NCBI RefSeq assembly: GCF_963921235.1
Contig: NC_086097.1
Span: 126,606,001 to 126,670,000 of the forward strand
DNA: 64,000 nucleotides
Reading direction: 5' to 3'
DNA from: Mobula hypostoma
Taxonomy: Eukaryota
The position numbers and the translations under genes were made by a program. Shown here in pieces: positions 50,965 to 64,000 of this stretch. Each line of letters starts with the position of its first letter. The first letter of the stretch is position 1. The notes beneath the pieces were generated by a model, which was not told the origin of the DNA, searched no databases, and saw only the letters and a program-made list of their open reading frames with translations.

Positions 50965-53930
50965 TATGTTCTATCCATGACAGTATCTTATGCAGCCTCA
51001 TGTGTGGCACCTTGTCAAAGGCCTTCTGAAAATCCAAGTAAACAACATGCATTGACTCCCTTCTGTCTATCCTGCTTGTTATTTCCTCAAAGAATTCCAA
51101 CAGATGTCAGGGAAGCTTGAGAAAAGCTTTCCCCTTGAGGAAACCATGCTGACTTCAGCCTATTTTATCACTTTCCTCCAAGCACCCCGAAACCCCGACC
51201 TCGATAATGGACTCCAACATCTTACACTGACACCAAAGTCAGGTTAATCTGCCTACACGTTTTGCTTTCCTCCCTTTTTAAAGAGTGGAGTTGCATTTGC
51301 AATTTTCCAATCCTTCAGAAACATCCCAGCATCCAATGATTCTTGTATGTTAACTACAAATCCCTCTGCAATCTCTTCAGCTACCTCTTTCAGAATTCTG
51401 GAGTGCAGTCCATCTGGTCTAGGTGACTTATGAATCTTCAGACCTTTCAGCTTCCCAAGAGCCTTCTTCTTAGTAATAGCAACTATACTCACTTCGGTCT
51501 GACATTCTCAAATTTCCAACATGCTGCTGGTGTCTTCCACAGTGAAGACTAACACAAAATATTTATTAAATTCATCCATCATTTCTTTGTCTCCCATTAC
51601 TACCTCGCCAGCATAATTTCCCAGCAGTCCAATATCCAATCTTGCTTCTCTTTTACTCTTTATATCTCTGGAAAAATGTTCGGTATCCTCTTATATTATT
51701 GGCTATTTTACACTAATATTTCATCCTTTCTCTCATTATTGCTTTTTTAGTCCCTTGTCAGCCATGGTTGTCTCATCCCCTCTTTAGAATAATTCTTCTT
51801 TGGGATGTATTGATCCCTTGCCTTCTGATTTGCTCCTAGAAGCTCCAGCAACTGCTGCTCTGCCATCACCCCTGCCAATGTCCCCTTCCAATCAACTTTG
51901 GCCAGCTCCTCTGTAATTCTCTTTACTCCACTACAATACAGCTTCTCCCTACTATGATCACTACCTCCTAAGGGTTCCATTACTTTAAGATTCTTAATCA
52001 AATCTGGTTCATTACACAACAGCCAATTCAGAATTGACTTTTCCCCAGTGGGCTCAACCACAGGCTGCTCTAAAAAGCCATTCTACAAATGCTTCCTCTT
52101 AGATCCAGCATCAACCTGATACTCCCAATCAACCTGCACAGTGAAATCCCCCATGATTATCGTAACATTGCCCTTCTTACATGCCTTTTCTATTTGCCAT
52201 TGTAATTTGTACCCCCACATCCTGGCTACTGTTTGAGGCCTGTATATAACTCCCATCGGGGTCTTTTTATTCATGTAGTTACTTAACTCTATCTCAAGGA
52301 TTCTACATCATCCAATCCTATGTCACCTCTTTCTAAGGATTTGTTATTTTTTTTTGCTAACAGATCCACCCCCACCCCCACCCACCTGTCTGTCCTTTCC
52401 ATATAAGGCGTATCCTTGGATGTTAAGCTCCAATTATGATTTTCTTTCAGCAGCGAGTCAGTGATGTCCACAATATCACATGCTAATCTCTAGCCGCACT
52501 ACAAGATCATCTACCTTATTCTGTACGCTACATGCATTCAATATAACACCTTCAGTCCAGTGTTCCTCACCCATCTCAATTTTGCCCCCATTTTACTGGA
52601 ATTTAATTCCTTATCCCTTTCTAAACTTGTTGACTTTTTACTTATTCAGAAAACATTTATAACCTCTCCTGCAGTCTCCTTCCCTTTACTTCATCCTCAG
52701 TGCTCACTGCATCTACCGTCTACCAGCTGCCCCATCCTCTATCAAATCACTCCGGTGCCTATCCTCCTGTTAGTTACTTTAAACCTTCCCCAACAGCTCT
52801 AGCAAAGCTGCCACCAAGGCTATTGGCCCCCTTACATTCAGGTCATGCCCTCCCCAGGAGAGATCCCAGTGAACCTGAAATCTGAAACCCTGCCCTCTGC
52901 ACCAGTTCCTCAGCCACACACTCATTTGCTAAATCATCCTATTCTTACCCTCACTGGTGTGTGGCATGGGCAGCAATCCCAACAGTACTACCACTGAGGT
53001 CCTGGTTTTCACTTTTCTTCCTAACACCCCATATTCTCTGTTCAGGGTCCCTTCCCGTTCCCTACCTATGTCGTTGGTACCAATATATGACATGGCTTCT
53101 GGATTCTCAATCTCCCCCTTTAGGATGTTGTGGACCTGATCGGAGACATCCCTGACCTGGCACCTGGGAGACAACACGTTATCCAGGTGTCTCTACGGTG
53201 TCCACAGAATCCCGTGTCTATTCCTCTAACTGTGGAATCCCCTGTCACTACCACACTTCTCTTCTCCCTCCTTCCCTTCTGAGCCACAGAACCAGGCAGG
53301 GCCAGAGACCTAGTCACTGTGGCTTTCTCCTGCTAAGAACTCTCCTCCCCCCAGAAATGGCATCCAAAGTAGCATATTTATTATTGAGGGGAACAGCCAC
53401 AGGGGTACTCTGCACTTTCTCCCTATTCCCTTTCCTTCTTCTAACAGTCATCCAGCTACCTGCCTCCTGCAATTTAGGGGTGACTACTGCCCTGTAGCTC
53501 CTATCTGTCACTTCCTCATTTTCCCGTATGATCTAATTGCTTAACAAGTTCTAGTTCCTTCCTTAACAAGGTTTGTAAGGGGCTACAGCTGTATGCACGT
53601 TGTGCTGATGAAGTTATCATGGAGATTGGAGGTCTTCCAGAGTTCCTACGTCTCACATGAAGAATATACCACTGACCCTGAACCCATTCCCACTGCACTA
53701 GCTATGTGCTAATAGACAGAGAAAGAGAGAAACTTTCCTCGCGCCTTTGCCTCTTTTCAACTAACCCTTGAGGGAAAGTCTGAAACTAACCACTCTTACA
53801 CTGGCCACTCTCACAATGGCTACTCTGCTTAAACTTCTTTGCCAAGTGTCTAATAAACCGTGATGATTGAAGCCCATCAAAAAATCCCGAAAGGCCCCGA
53901 GCTTTTAAATCTTGTGGCACCTCACCAACA
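50965..53930 (-). mobile_element. CR1 LINE retaining 5'UTR, ORF1 (esterase-like) and the ORF2 N-terminal half, decayed
   Basis: ORF1 remnants PVAVPLNNKYATL, VVTGDSTVRG and YIGTNDIGR. ORF2 remnants IIMGDF, PLGGSDH and YLDFQKAFDKVPH. Confidence 0.85.
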
Positions 53931-54019
53931 AGTGACCGCTCACGATGATTGAAGCCTGCTGAAAAGTTGGGAGGGTGCATCCATGGAAAAGTTCAGGAGG
54001 GTTCATCTGTGCTGAGTAT

Positions 54020-55160
54020 CTGGACCAGACAGCATTACCTGGCCAAGTACTGAAGACTTGTGTTATCAACTGGCTGGAACATTTACAGTTATCTTCAACC
54101 TCTTGCTTCAGCATTCTTGAAGCAGGACCAAGAAGGATGTGGTAACCTTGCTTAACGACTATCATCCAGTACCTCTTACGTCCTCTGTGATAAAGTGCTT
54201 CAAGATATTGGGGGGGTCACAAAGCATTTCAACTCCTACCTGAGGAGTGATCTGTATCCACTCCAACTTGCCTACCGTCAGAAGAAAGTAGCAGCAGATG
54301 CCATTTCATTGGCCCGTCACTCAACTCTGGAACACCTGGACAATGAAGATGCATACATCAGGACACTTTTCATTGACTATGGCTTGGCATTCATCACTAT
54401 CCCCTTGAAACTCATTAATAAGATATAAGACCTGGGACTTGATACCTCCTTGTGCAATTAGATCTTCGATTTCTTCACTTGCAGGCCTCAGTCAGAATGG
54501 ATTAGCGACATTATGTCCTCCGTAATCTCCATCAGCACAGGTGCATCACAAAGCTGTGTGCTTAACCCTCTGCTTTATACTTTATAACTGTGTATCTATG
54601 TCTAGGTACAGCTCCAATGCTGTACCGAAGTTTGCTGATGTCGCCACTGTTGTCAGTCGAATCAAAGGTGGCGGCGAACTAGCATACATGATGGAGACTG
54701 AAAATCTTGTTCAATGGTGCCACAACGACAACAACCTCTTACTCATCATCAGCAAAAACCAAAGAGCTGATTATTCTTTTGCAGGAAGAAACTGAGATCC
54801 ATGAGGTAGTCCTCGTTTGGGGATCTGGGGTCGAGGGGTTCAGTAGCTCTAAATTCTTTGGTGTTAGCATATCAGAGGGTCTATCCTACGATCAGCATGT
54901 AAGTGCCATCACGAAGAAGGCAGAACAGTGCCTCTACTTTCTTAGAAGTTTGCAAAGATTTCTCATATTACCAAAAACATTGACAGACTTCAATAGGTGC
55001 ACAGTGGAGAGTATCTATCTGGTTGCACTATGGCCTGGCATGGAAGCACCAGTGCCCAGGAAAGGATAACACTACAGAGCCCAGTCCAATACAGGCTAAG
55101 CTCTTCCCACCATTAAGCACAATTACATGGAGCATCGACACAAGAAAGCAGCATCCAAGT
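54020..55160 (+). mobile_element. Rex1/Babar LINE fragment
   Basis: LYPLQLAYR, TLFIDYG, KFADVATVVS and KKAEQCLYFLRSL remnants. Confidence 0.8.
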
Positions 55161-55161
55161 T

Positions 55162-55970
55162 TCAAAGGTTTCAAAGGTACAATTAATGTCAGAGAAATGT
55201 ATACAATATACATCCTGAAATTCTTTTTCTTCCCAACCATCCACAAAAACGGAGTGCCCCAAAGAATGAATGACAGTTAAATGTCAGAACCCCAAAGACC
55301 CCCCAGCTCCCCCCTCCCATGCATAAGCAGTAAAGCAATGAACCCCCTCACCAGCAAAAAAAGCAAGCCCCCCCCACTGAGCACTCAAGCGTGCAGCAAA
55401 GCATCAGTAAAAACACAGACTTGCAGTACCCCAGAGACTACTCGTTCACCCAGTAATTCGATATACCACAGGCTCTCTCTCTCCCTAATAAGGGAAAAAG
55501 AGGTGTCCCCTTTTCACAGGGAGAGGGGAGACACAACAAATGTCTTGCTGACTTATGATGTTAAAAGTCTGTCGTGTCGCTTCTCCCGAACTCTGTGCCC
55601 AAAGAACTCGGGACGCTGGGCACACAGCCAGCAGCCAGCTCGCTGCGTTTGATCTTCTGTCTCCCACGACGCAACAGACAGCGGCACTGACCTTGAGTCC
55701 TCCCGCCTCCAGGGCCATGAAGTCCCGGAACCCTGAAGGCGCACTAGTCTTCTTGGTCGGGTCCTTGGTATATCGAATATCGGCCAGTCGTAAGACCCTG
55801 AGAGTGGGTCCCATTCCCGCAAAGAACCGAAGTCAGTGTGTAACTCCAGATCAGGGTCTTCAAAAGGACCCTGAAAGGGAAAAATAGAGATATTAAAGAT
55901 AGAAATAGAGCTGTTTCTGAAGATGCAAGTAAAGGAGTCGCCGTTAGGCACCATCATCCTCCTAAGCTCC
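55162..55970 (-). mobile_element. Non-autonomous retroposon-like element with a Rex1-type (TTTGAAACC)n tail
   Basis: CpG-rich noncoding body, tail CAAAGGTTTCAAAGG at 55162-55177 and 5' end GGAGCTTAGGAGGATGATGGTGCC. Similar GC-rich elements with Rex1-type tails occur at about 21940-22615, 28300-29095 and 60270-60875. Confidence 0.45.
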
Positions 55971-55979
55971 ACCTCTGTC

Positions 55980-57305
55980 AAAGTTCAAAGTAAATTTTAT
56001 TATCAAAGTACATATATGTCGCCATTAACAACCTTGAGATTAATTTTCCTGTGGGCAAACTCAGTAAACCTATAGAATGGCAGCTATAATAAGATCCATG
56101 TAAGATCAACCAGAGTGCAGAAGACAACAAACTGTGAAAATGCAAACATAAATAAATAGCAATAAGTATCTAGAACATGAGATAATAGAACATAGAACAG
56201 TACAGCACAGTACAGGCTCTTCGGCCCACAGTGTTGTGCCAACCCCAAACCCTGCCTCCCATAATACCCCCCACCTTAAATTCCTCCATATACCTGTCTC
56301 GTAGTCTCTTAAATTTCACTAGTGTATCTTCCTCCACCACTGACTCAGGCAGTGCATTCCACGCACCAACTACTTAGTTATAATGAGATCAAGAGTCCTT
56401 AAAGTGAGATCATTGGTTGTAGGAACATATCAATAATGAGGCAGGTGAGTGTTGTTATCCCCTTCTGTTCAAGAGCCTGATGGTCGAGGGCTAGTAACTG
56501 CTGGTGCGACTCCTGAGGCTCTTGTACCTTCTACCTGATGGCAGCAGTGAGAAGAGAGCATGGCCTGGGTGGTGGGGATCTCTGATGATGGATACTGCTC
56601 TCCTATGGCAGTGTTTCATGTCGATGTGTTCAATGATTGAAAGGGCTGAATCCATTACCTTTTGTAGGATTTTTCATTCAAGGGAATTGGTGTTTTCATA
56701 CTAGGTCATGATGCAGCCAGTCAATAGACTCTCCACCGCACATCTATAGAAGTTTGTCAAAGTTTTAGATGTCATGCCAAATCTCCACAGATTCCCAAGG
56801 AAGTAGAAGTGCTGCCATGCTTTCTTCGAAATTGCACTTCTGTGCTGGGTCGAGGACAGGTCCTCTGAAATAGAAGAACTCGTGAATTTAAAGTTGCTAG
56901 CCCTCCCCATCTCTGATTCTGCGATGAGGACTGGCTCACGGACTTCTGGTTTCCCTCTCCGGAAGTCTACAATCAGTTCCTTGGTCTTGCTGACATTGAG
57001 TGAGAGGTTGTTGCTATGACACCACTCAGCCAAGTTTGCAATCTCCCTCCTGTATGCTGACTCATCATCCCCTTTGATTCAGCCCAGGCAGGTGGTGTCA
57101 TCAGCAAACTTGAACATGACATTGGAGCTGTGCATAGCTACACAGTCATTGTTGTAAAGCTGGAAGAGTAGGGGCTAAGCACACAGCTCTGTGGTGCACC
57201 CTGTTGATGGAGATCAGGGAAGAGATTTTGTTGCTAATCCAAACCGAATGGGGTCTACAAATAAGGAAATCTAGGATCCAATTGCATAAAGATGTATTGA
57301 AGCCA
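55980..57305 (-). mobile_element. Rex1/Babar LINE 3' half, interrupted by a short CR1 3' end at about 56185-56372
   Basis: WCHSNNLSLNVSKTKELIVDF and LCNWILDFL remnants, with tail AAAGTTCAAAGTAAATTTT at 55980. Confidence 0.8.
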
Positions 57306-57841
57306 ACATCAAAGATCCCCACCATCCAGGCCATGCTCTCCCCTCTCTGTTATTGAGCAGGTAAAAGAAGCCTTAGTCCCACACCATCAATTTCAGGGAC
57401 AGTTATTACCCAAGGCTCTTGAACCAGCACGGATGTCTTCATCAACCACAACCTGAACTGGTTCTACACACTTGCAGACTCACTGGCAAGGACTCTATAA
57501 ATGCCCTCAGTATTTTTTATCTGCAGAATTTGTCTTCTTTTGCACACTGGTTGTTTGTCAGTCTTTGTTTATGTGCAGCTTTTCATAAATGCAAATGCAT
57601 CTCTTTATTTTCCTGTATTTGCCTGCAAGAAAATGATTCTCAAGTTATCACATGGTCCTTTGATAATATTTTATTTCTATCTTTAAGAAGCAACAGATGC
57701 GGAACACGATAAGTTGCTCTGGGAACTCAATGTCAGCATGTTTGGAGGGAAATAGACAGCTGAGTTCAAAGTCAAATCAAAGTAAATTTTTTTACCAAAG
57801 TATGTGTACTGTACTACCTGGAGATTCATTTTCTTGTAGGA

Positions 57842-58105
57842 ATGCCCCACCCTAGACTGAGTTGCTGATGGCCAATGGGTGTTTCAGGTTTAAGGCGGCC
57901 AGATTACTCAGGGTATGGGCGGCAGCCGAGAAGGGTGTAACCAGGCTGCACCCGAAACTGGGCGGAGTGTGTGAAACTAAAGAGGGGGTGTTACTGTAGT
58001 CTACCTGCAGTGTCGCAGGAAGGCACGGAGCTTTACGGCCTGCTGGGCTCCTTCCGTCACCCGTGAGGAATAGTTGGAATTCCAGCGGCGGATAGAGGCG
58101 AATCC
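57842..58105 (+). promoter_or_regulatory. CpG-rich promoter/5'UTR of the desmoplakin-like gene
   Basis: Unique CpG-dense segment with a CACCC box (57845-57852), CCAAT (57872-57876) and GC boxes GGGCGG (about 57917 and 57960), directly upstream of ATG 58106. Confidence 0.65.
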
Positions 58106-58386
58106 ATGAGTTTGCACGGCTCGCAAACGGGATTCAATCGGCGGCAGTCGGAGCGTCGCTTCACGGTCGCCGGCTTCTCATCCCACAGCGATGGACAGAC
58201 GGAAACTTTCCTGCCCTTACAACAGTCCTATGGGGGAGTCGGAGGGACGGTTCTGGCCGGAAACCAGATGTACGCGACGGTGGGAAACAGAAACGAGAAC
58301 TTCCACGCCAGCACCAAGCAGCGCTCAATGTATAGCCCCAGGAACTCCCGCGGCTTCGATTTGGGCATGCAATCTCAGTACAACAG
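58106..58386 (+). CDS. dsp: Desmoplakin-like gene, first coding exon
   Basis: The MSLHGSQT... start resembles fish desmoplakin N-termini as I recall them. It ends CAACAG|GTAAAC in phase 2, as I recall for DSP exon 1, and splices in frame to 63109. Confidence 0.7.
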
Positions 58387-58999
58387 GTAAACACTGCCTC
58401 AACCAGCCCTCTATGGCAAGTTAAGCAGCTTCCTTTTCTTTAGGTGTTAAAAGTTTCTTTTTATTGTTTTGGATGTATGTTCCCTAATACCTTATTTAAA
58501 ATAAAGAACAGGAGGAAATTTTCTTTGGGAAAAGAGTATACAAGTTGGCCATAAGTTCTTGTACTACATCAAAATGGACCCTTATCTGTACTGGGCATGC
58601 CCAGACTGCTGCCTTTTAATTGTGGTAAGCTCTAGTTCGGGTCGCATGTTTCAACAGGCTTGCGAATTTGCTACCAATAGCATTGAGTAAGAACACCTGT
58701 TTCTATTTGAATTTTTAAAATGTTTTATTTAAATAACTCGCCGAAAGAAGGCATCATTAAGGACTCATTTTTTTTTACAAATGTGTCGGTTTTCAACGTC
58801 CTACACCCAACCCCGCCTTGAGTAATTTACGAAGCAGTATGCTGGAGGGACTATAGGTCCAACAGCATCTAGGAAAGGAGAAAACGCGTTTGTGTGTGTG
58901 TGGTCTCGAGTTACATATTAACGATGCTGTTCTGGAGAGTATTTCATTGTACCTGTACACGGCCCTATTTGTGCATGTGACTGAAGGTTGGGTGTGGTG

Positions 59000-60245
59000 G
59001 GCATTGAACAGAACAGGCCCTCCAGCCTCTGATATGCCAACTCTTTAACCCACTCTAACCCTCCTCTCCCACATAATCCTCCTCTCCCACATAATCCTCC
59101 ATCTTTATCCCATGGGTCTGCCTTAATTCTCTCAAACATCCCTAATGTTTCTATTTACCACTACCACTGTCTTAACAGCACATTCCATACACTTACCACT
59201 TTTTTTTCCCACAAAGAAACGCTGCATCTAACATCCCCTGTACTTTTATCTGTATCTTGTTTTACGGTGGTTGGCATCCAGTGTTAATGGTGCATTACCG
59301 CACCCCCTGTACTTTTCTCCCAACACTTTATTGTTATACCCTCCTGTATTGGCCATTTCCACTGGGGTTGAGGGGGAGAACCTCTGGCTGTTCACTCTAT
59401 CTATGCCTATTATATTATTATTTTCCTCCTCTCACCTTCCTTTTCTCCAAAGAGAAAAGCCCTAGCCTGCTAAACAATAAAAAAAAGAAACTTTTTACAC
59501 CTAAAGAAACCTATCCCTATGAGACATGCTCTCTAATCCAGGCAGCATCCTGGTAAATGTCCTCCGCACCCCCTCTCCCTAAACCTTCCTCCTCCTCCTC
59601 TTAATGAGGTGAATAGTGTTCAGTTCTGATCAAGTGTGGTCTAACCAGTGTTTTACCTCGCAGCACTTGAACTCAATCCTCCGAGTAATAAAGGCCAACA
59701 AACCGCATGCCGCCTTATCCATCCCCTATCAATTTGTGCTGCAACTTTGAGATGTCTATGGACATAAACGCCCAAGATCTCTGTGTATCCACACTGTTAA
59801 GAATCCTGGTAATAACCCTGTATTCTGCCTTCAACTTCATTCTTCCAAATTGAGTCACTTTACATTTTTCTGGGTTGACTACCATCAGCCACTTCTCAGC
59901 CCAGCTTGCCAGTCATTCAAAGTCCTGTTGTGATCTGTGACAACCTTCCTACAGTGTCTACAAATCCACCAACCTTCGTGTCATCTGCAAACTTACTAAC
60001 CCACCTTTCTGCTTCCTAATCTAAGTCCTTTATAAAGAGTAGGGTTCCCAGAACAAATCCCTGGGGAACACCACTGTCACACCTCCAGGTCGAATGTGCT
60101 CCATGTAATACCGTCCTCTGCCTTCAATGGGCAAACCAATTCTGAATTCGTGCAGACAACTTTTCCTGGATCCCAGGAAGCGTCTTGCCTTTCAGAATGA
60201 GCTGCCGTAGGGAACCTTGTCTGAACTGAAATCCATACACCACTG
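59000..60245 (-). mobile_element. Old CR1 3' half in dsp intron 1
   Basis: Reverse complement of SKFADDTKVGG and GVPQG-type sequence at about 59970-60075, followed by the CR1 3' region. Confidence 0.7.
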
Positions 60246-62084
60246 GATATTAAGAACAAGTACAGCAGGTCTGCCCCATGAGTGAGTTATTCGATAGTGT
60301 CGGAAGTGGACTTGTTGTGCAGCCTCCTTCAGCCATTTAGGGAAGAAGGTGTCAGAGGTAGTGTGTGGTCTAATGGGCGGTTTGGGTGATTGTCTTGGAC
60401 ATTTTTTTGTGATCGCAAGACCTTTTGTTTGACATTGGTAATAGAGAATACTGAGAGTCCGATTCACTGGTTCATTGGCGATCTGACGGCATGTGGTCCT
60501 CGTGCCTCGGGGTAGCCTGTTGAGGCCACTGGTTAAGGAGATGCTGGAGCTGGCTGTGTTCCACTGGGTGGGGGTGCTGGCTTCTCCTGTCAGTGCTGCC
60601 CTCCAGTGTGCATTTGCATGACAAGCTTGTTCATGCAGAATGGAGGTTCCAGGACAACATCCTATGTACCACCAATCTACAGGTCATGACACTCACGGAC
60701 TTGGGCTATATTTAAGAAACTTGTTTTGTAACAATGTTTTTCCACAATAATAATTAAATGTGCTATTATTGCTGTGTGCAACTGTTGGTACTGTGTGTTG
60801 CAGGGGAACATTGCTTTGTTTGGCTGTATTCAGATGTATGGTTGAATGACAATTAAACTTTTAAGTTGAACTTGATATACACCATATCCATTTCTCTACC
60901 TTCATTAATGTTTTGTCACTTCCTCAAAGAGTTCAATCAGGCTGTGAGGCACGGTTTGCCCCTCAAAGCCGTTGTTGGCTATCCTTAATTGGACTATGCT
61001 CTCCAAGTGATTGTAAATCCAGCCTCTCAAAATCCTCTCCAATAATTTAATCTTGTGCCAAAGTGAAATGGCGTGGGAGTTGAGGCTAGCACGATCACTG
61101 TAATTGACAGCAATATTATACTCCTGGTTGATGTTTTCAACCTGAAACCTCGATAGCTCCTTTCCAGTATAGGTGTTACTTGATCTGCTGAGTTTTAACA
61201 CAAGGTTTTTTTCCCCACTCTTATTAAATGGGATGGGAACAAGTTTGAAGGGGCTGTTGATCTACTGCTCCTATCTTCTGCTGTTCATTTTCCTCTTGTG
61301 CCTTTCCCTCATCGGTGCATTCTTTACCCAAATATTAACTCCCAGCCCCTCTCCTCTCCCTCCTTTATAATCTATAGCATAGCAGTGTCTCAATTATTAA
61401 TGTTCTTAGTTTTGGTTTCATTGCTGCACAGACAGATTATATCTGTAACCTTCTCCAGCACCTGTGAGATTTTTGAATTCCTCTAGCACATTGTTGATTT
61501 AAAACGCTACCATTGGCATCCATACGCTCAGCCACCCTCACCATTTCCCAATAGAATTTTTGGTGCCTTGTTCTGATGGTTTTGTGATAACGTGCATATA
61601 ATGAAATTCATATAATTTGCTATGCACTATAAGGTATGTAAGGTTTTTACTTGCCTCCTTTTGACTTTTTATATAAGGGGGAAGTTGAAGTAAAACTGAA
61701 CTACTGATGTGAATCAGGTGACTTATTAAATAATGTTTTCTGTGCTTTCGCACGCACGGAATTTGCAAATTGCTACTCAAGTATTTGCGATTATGGAATA
61801 AAAATTGCTCTGGGGGAATTTGTGGGGGGGGCCAAGGAGAGAAGAATAAATATTTTTACTTGGCTCCATTTCACTTTTGCATTATTTTATTGTACTTAAT
61901 TTTTATGTTGTGCACACTACTGTTTCCGCAAAACATGTTTTACAACATTGGTCAGTGATAATAAACCTGACTGATTCATTTCTTGATGCATGCACAGATG
62001 ACTTGGCTTTGTGTCGTAAAAATCACACTATAGGTTGTTTCCAAGGTCCCTGTAATGTGGGGTCACCTTCAGTGAGACATTAGA

Positions 62085-62670
62085 CCATAAGAGATAGAAG
62101 CTGAGTTAGGTCATTCAGCCCATCAAGACTGATATTCTCTCAACTCCATTTCTTCCCCACCATAATTTATAACCCCCTTACCAATTTAAAAACCTATCAG
62201 TCTCTGCTTTAAATGCATCCAATGGCTTAGCATGCATGGCAGTCTGTGGTAACGAGTTCCACAGATTCACCACCCTCCTGAAGAAGTTCCACCTCACTTC
62301 AATTTTAATCGGCCTTACTTTACTCTGAGTTCGTGCTGTTGGATGATGGACTCTCCTACTAATGGAAATGTCCTCTCCATGTCAACTCTTTCCAGGCCTT
62401 TCTGTATCTGCATTCACCAGCAACTTTGATGTGTGTTGCTTGAATTTCCAGCATCTGCAGAGTTCCTGTTGTTTGCCTTTCTGTATCTGGTATGTTTTTA
62501 AATGAGATGCCCCTTCATCCTAATGAACTCCATTGAGTATAGACCAGAGACATCAAAGTGGCCTCATAGATTAACCATTTAATTTCTGGACATTTTTGCG
62601 AACCTCCTTTGGGCCCTGTTAAGGGCCAGCACATCTTTGGGCAGAAAATTGCCCACAATATTACAAATGT
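62085..62670 (-). mobile_element. Old CR1 3' fragment in dsp intron 1
   Basis: TTCCACAGATTCACCACCCT and the 3'UTR resemble the other CR1 copies. Confidence 0.65.
62411..62474 (+). mobile_element. 64-bp PLE terminal fragment with a 15-bp TSD
   Basis: TSD GCCTTTCTGTATCTG at 62396-62410 and 62475-62489. The insert matches the 3' end of the young PLE (...TTCCTGTTGTTT). Confidence 0.88.
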
Positions 62671-63108
62671 GATCTGACTGATATTTTAATTATTGTAGGG
62701 AGACTTGTATAAACTTATGAGAACATGTGTCAAGCCAACAATTTGAGCAAATTTAGTATCTTCGGGGAAAACTAACCTTAATTTTTGTTTTCAAGGATGT
62801 TCTATCCAATCCGTCTTCACCTCCCATCTTAAAATAAAAAATATGATTAATTTTGAACTTTTTTCTGGTTTGATTAAATATTTCATTTTCTTAATTGAAG
62901 TACTTGTTTTGCAGAGACACTAAAATTTCTGATTTTTAGACAAATTATGTCAGAAATTTTCTAGTATTTGTGCTAACAATTTAAGGATTCTTTTGTGTTA
63001 AAATGTACTGAAGTGTAGAAATAGATTCATGTTACAGTACAGAACAAAGTTTTTTTTATACATAATGTACAAGCTTCTAGACACACTTTGTTTTATCTTG
63101 CTCCGTAG

Positions 63109-63202
63109 TGGGGATATGCTGAAGAATCACCATGATATCGTCCTTGGACTGACAGGCAATTGTGCAAGTAAACTTAATGAAGCAGAGAAGATGCTGCAAC
63201 AG
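63109..63202 (+). CDS. dsp: Desmoplakin-like gene, second coding exon
   Basis: Acceptor TTTTATCTTGCTCCGTAG, donor CAG|GTATTC, 94 nt, phase 2 to 0. It encodes (S)GDMLKNHHDIVLGLTGNCASKLNEAEKMLQQ, matching the NC..L..AE...Q pattern of DSP exon 2 (TIQELLQNCSDCLMRAELIVQP). Confidence 0.72.
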
Positions 63203-64000
63203 GTATTCTTTCTTCTGTTGAAACTAGAATTCACTCCAGTAATTCCTGTCATTGCACCTACCAGCAAAATCAAATACTCCTATTCCCACAGTCATCAAGA
63301 TCAAAAGTAGTTTGCAAAAATACTATAATTTTTGATTCAATTAAAAGTATGTGATTCTTGTATGCTCTTAATAAGTTGCAAGGTCCTGTTTTAAAATTGT
63401 CCTTCCTGATCTGGAGGTTTAAATTTGATTTTTAACTTTGGTGTAATTTTAATGTATGGCTTCAGGCTATGGACTTCAAAGCTTTTTTTGTGCCTGTAAC
63501 CATTTTAAACCATTTTTTAATCCATGTACCTGTCCTGATCTCTTTCAAATGCTGTTGTTGTACCTCTCTGAGCCACTTCTTCTGGCAGCTCATTCCAAAA
63601 ATGTGGCACCCTATGCAGATCTATTTATTATATGCACATCAAAACATACAGTGAAATGCATTGTTTACATTAACTTTGTGGGATGTGCTGGGGACAGCCT
63701 GCAAATATTGCTGCATATTCCGGCACCAACAGAACATGCCCACAGTGTTCAGCAGAATCTCACGAGCAGCAAGGACAGCAAAACACAACAAAATCAAAGC
63801 AAGCCTTTCTCAAATTCCTATTAAATTTCATTCCCCCCTCCCACCTTAAACCTTTGCCTTGTAGTTCTTGATTCCTTAATCTGTGGGGAAAAGGGTGCAT
63901 TCACCCTATCTATGCCCCTTATGATTTCATACACCTCTATCAAAGCAAGTTATCATGACAACCACAATTTCTGCAGTAGTTCAATTCTTGGCCTTTTCTG

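Noticed and set aside
1..57800. 3' exons of RIOK1, the upstream neighbour of DSP in mammals
   Set aside because: I found no lysine-rich RIOK1 C-terminal coding sequence, so synteny cannot be confirmed in this window.

Overview
Repeat-dense vertebrate genomic DNA, not prokaryotic. The repeat families point to a cartilaginous fish, probably a ray or shark (inference). Most of the window is decayed or young retroelements: CR1 LINEs, Rex1/Babar LINEs, Penelope-like elements (PLEs), tRNA-derived/V-SINEs and a probable solo LTR. The only host gene I can support is a desmoplakin-like gene on the + strand, with a CpG-rich promoter at about 57.85 kb, coding exon 1 at 58106-58386 and exon 2 at 63109-63202. 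The most interesting signals are: (1) a young PLE family carrying minimal type I hammerhead ribozymes, inserted as TSD-flanked fold-back copies whose inversion junctions contain reiterated sequence, including a telomere-like hexamer run; (2) a roughly 3.1-kb LINE with no ORF1 and a tRNA-like Pol III head, in a three-level nest (Rex1 > this LINE > CR1); (3) a young CR1 whose ORF2 remains open for 760 aa despite an in-frame loss of the RT core; (4) a 33-bp G-rich minisatellite. Boundaries of old repeats are approximate, and family names come from motif recognition, not database searches.
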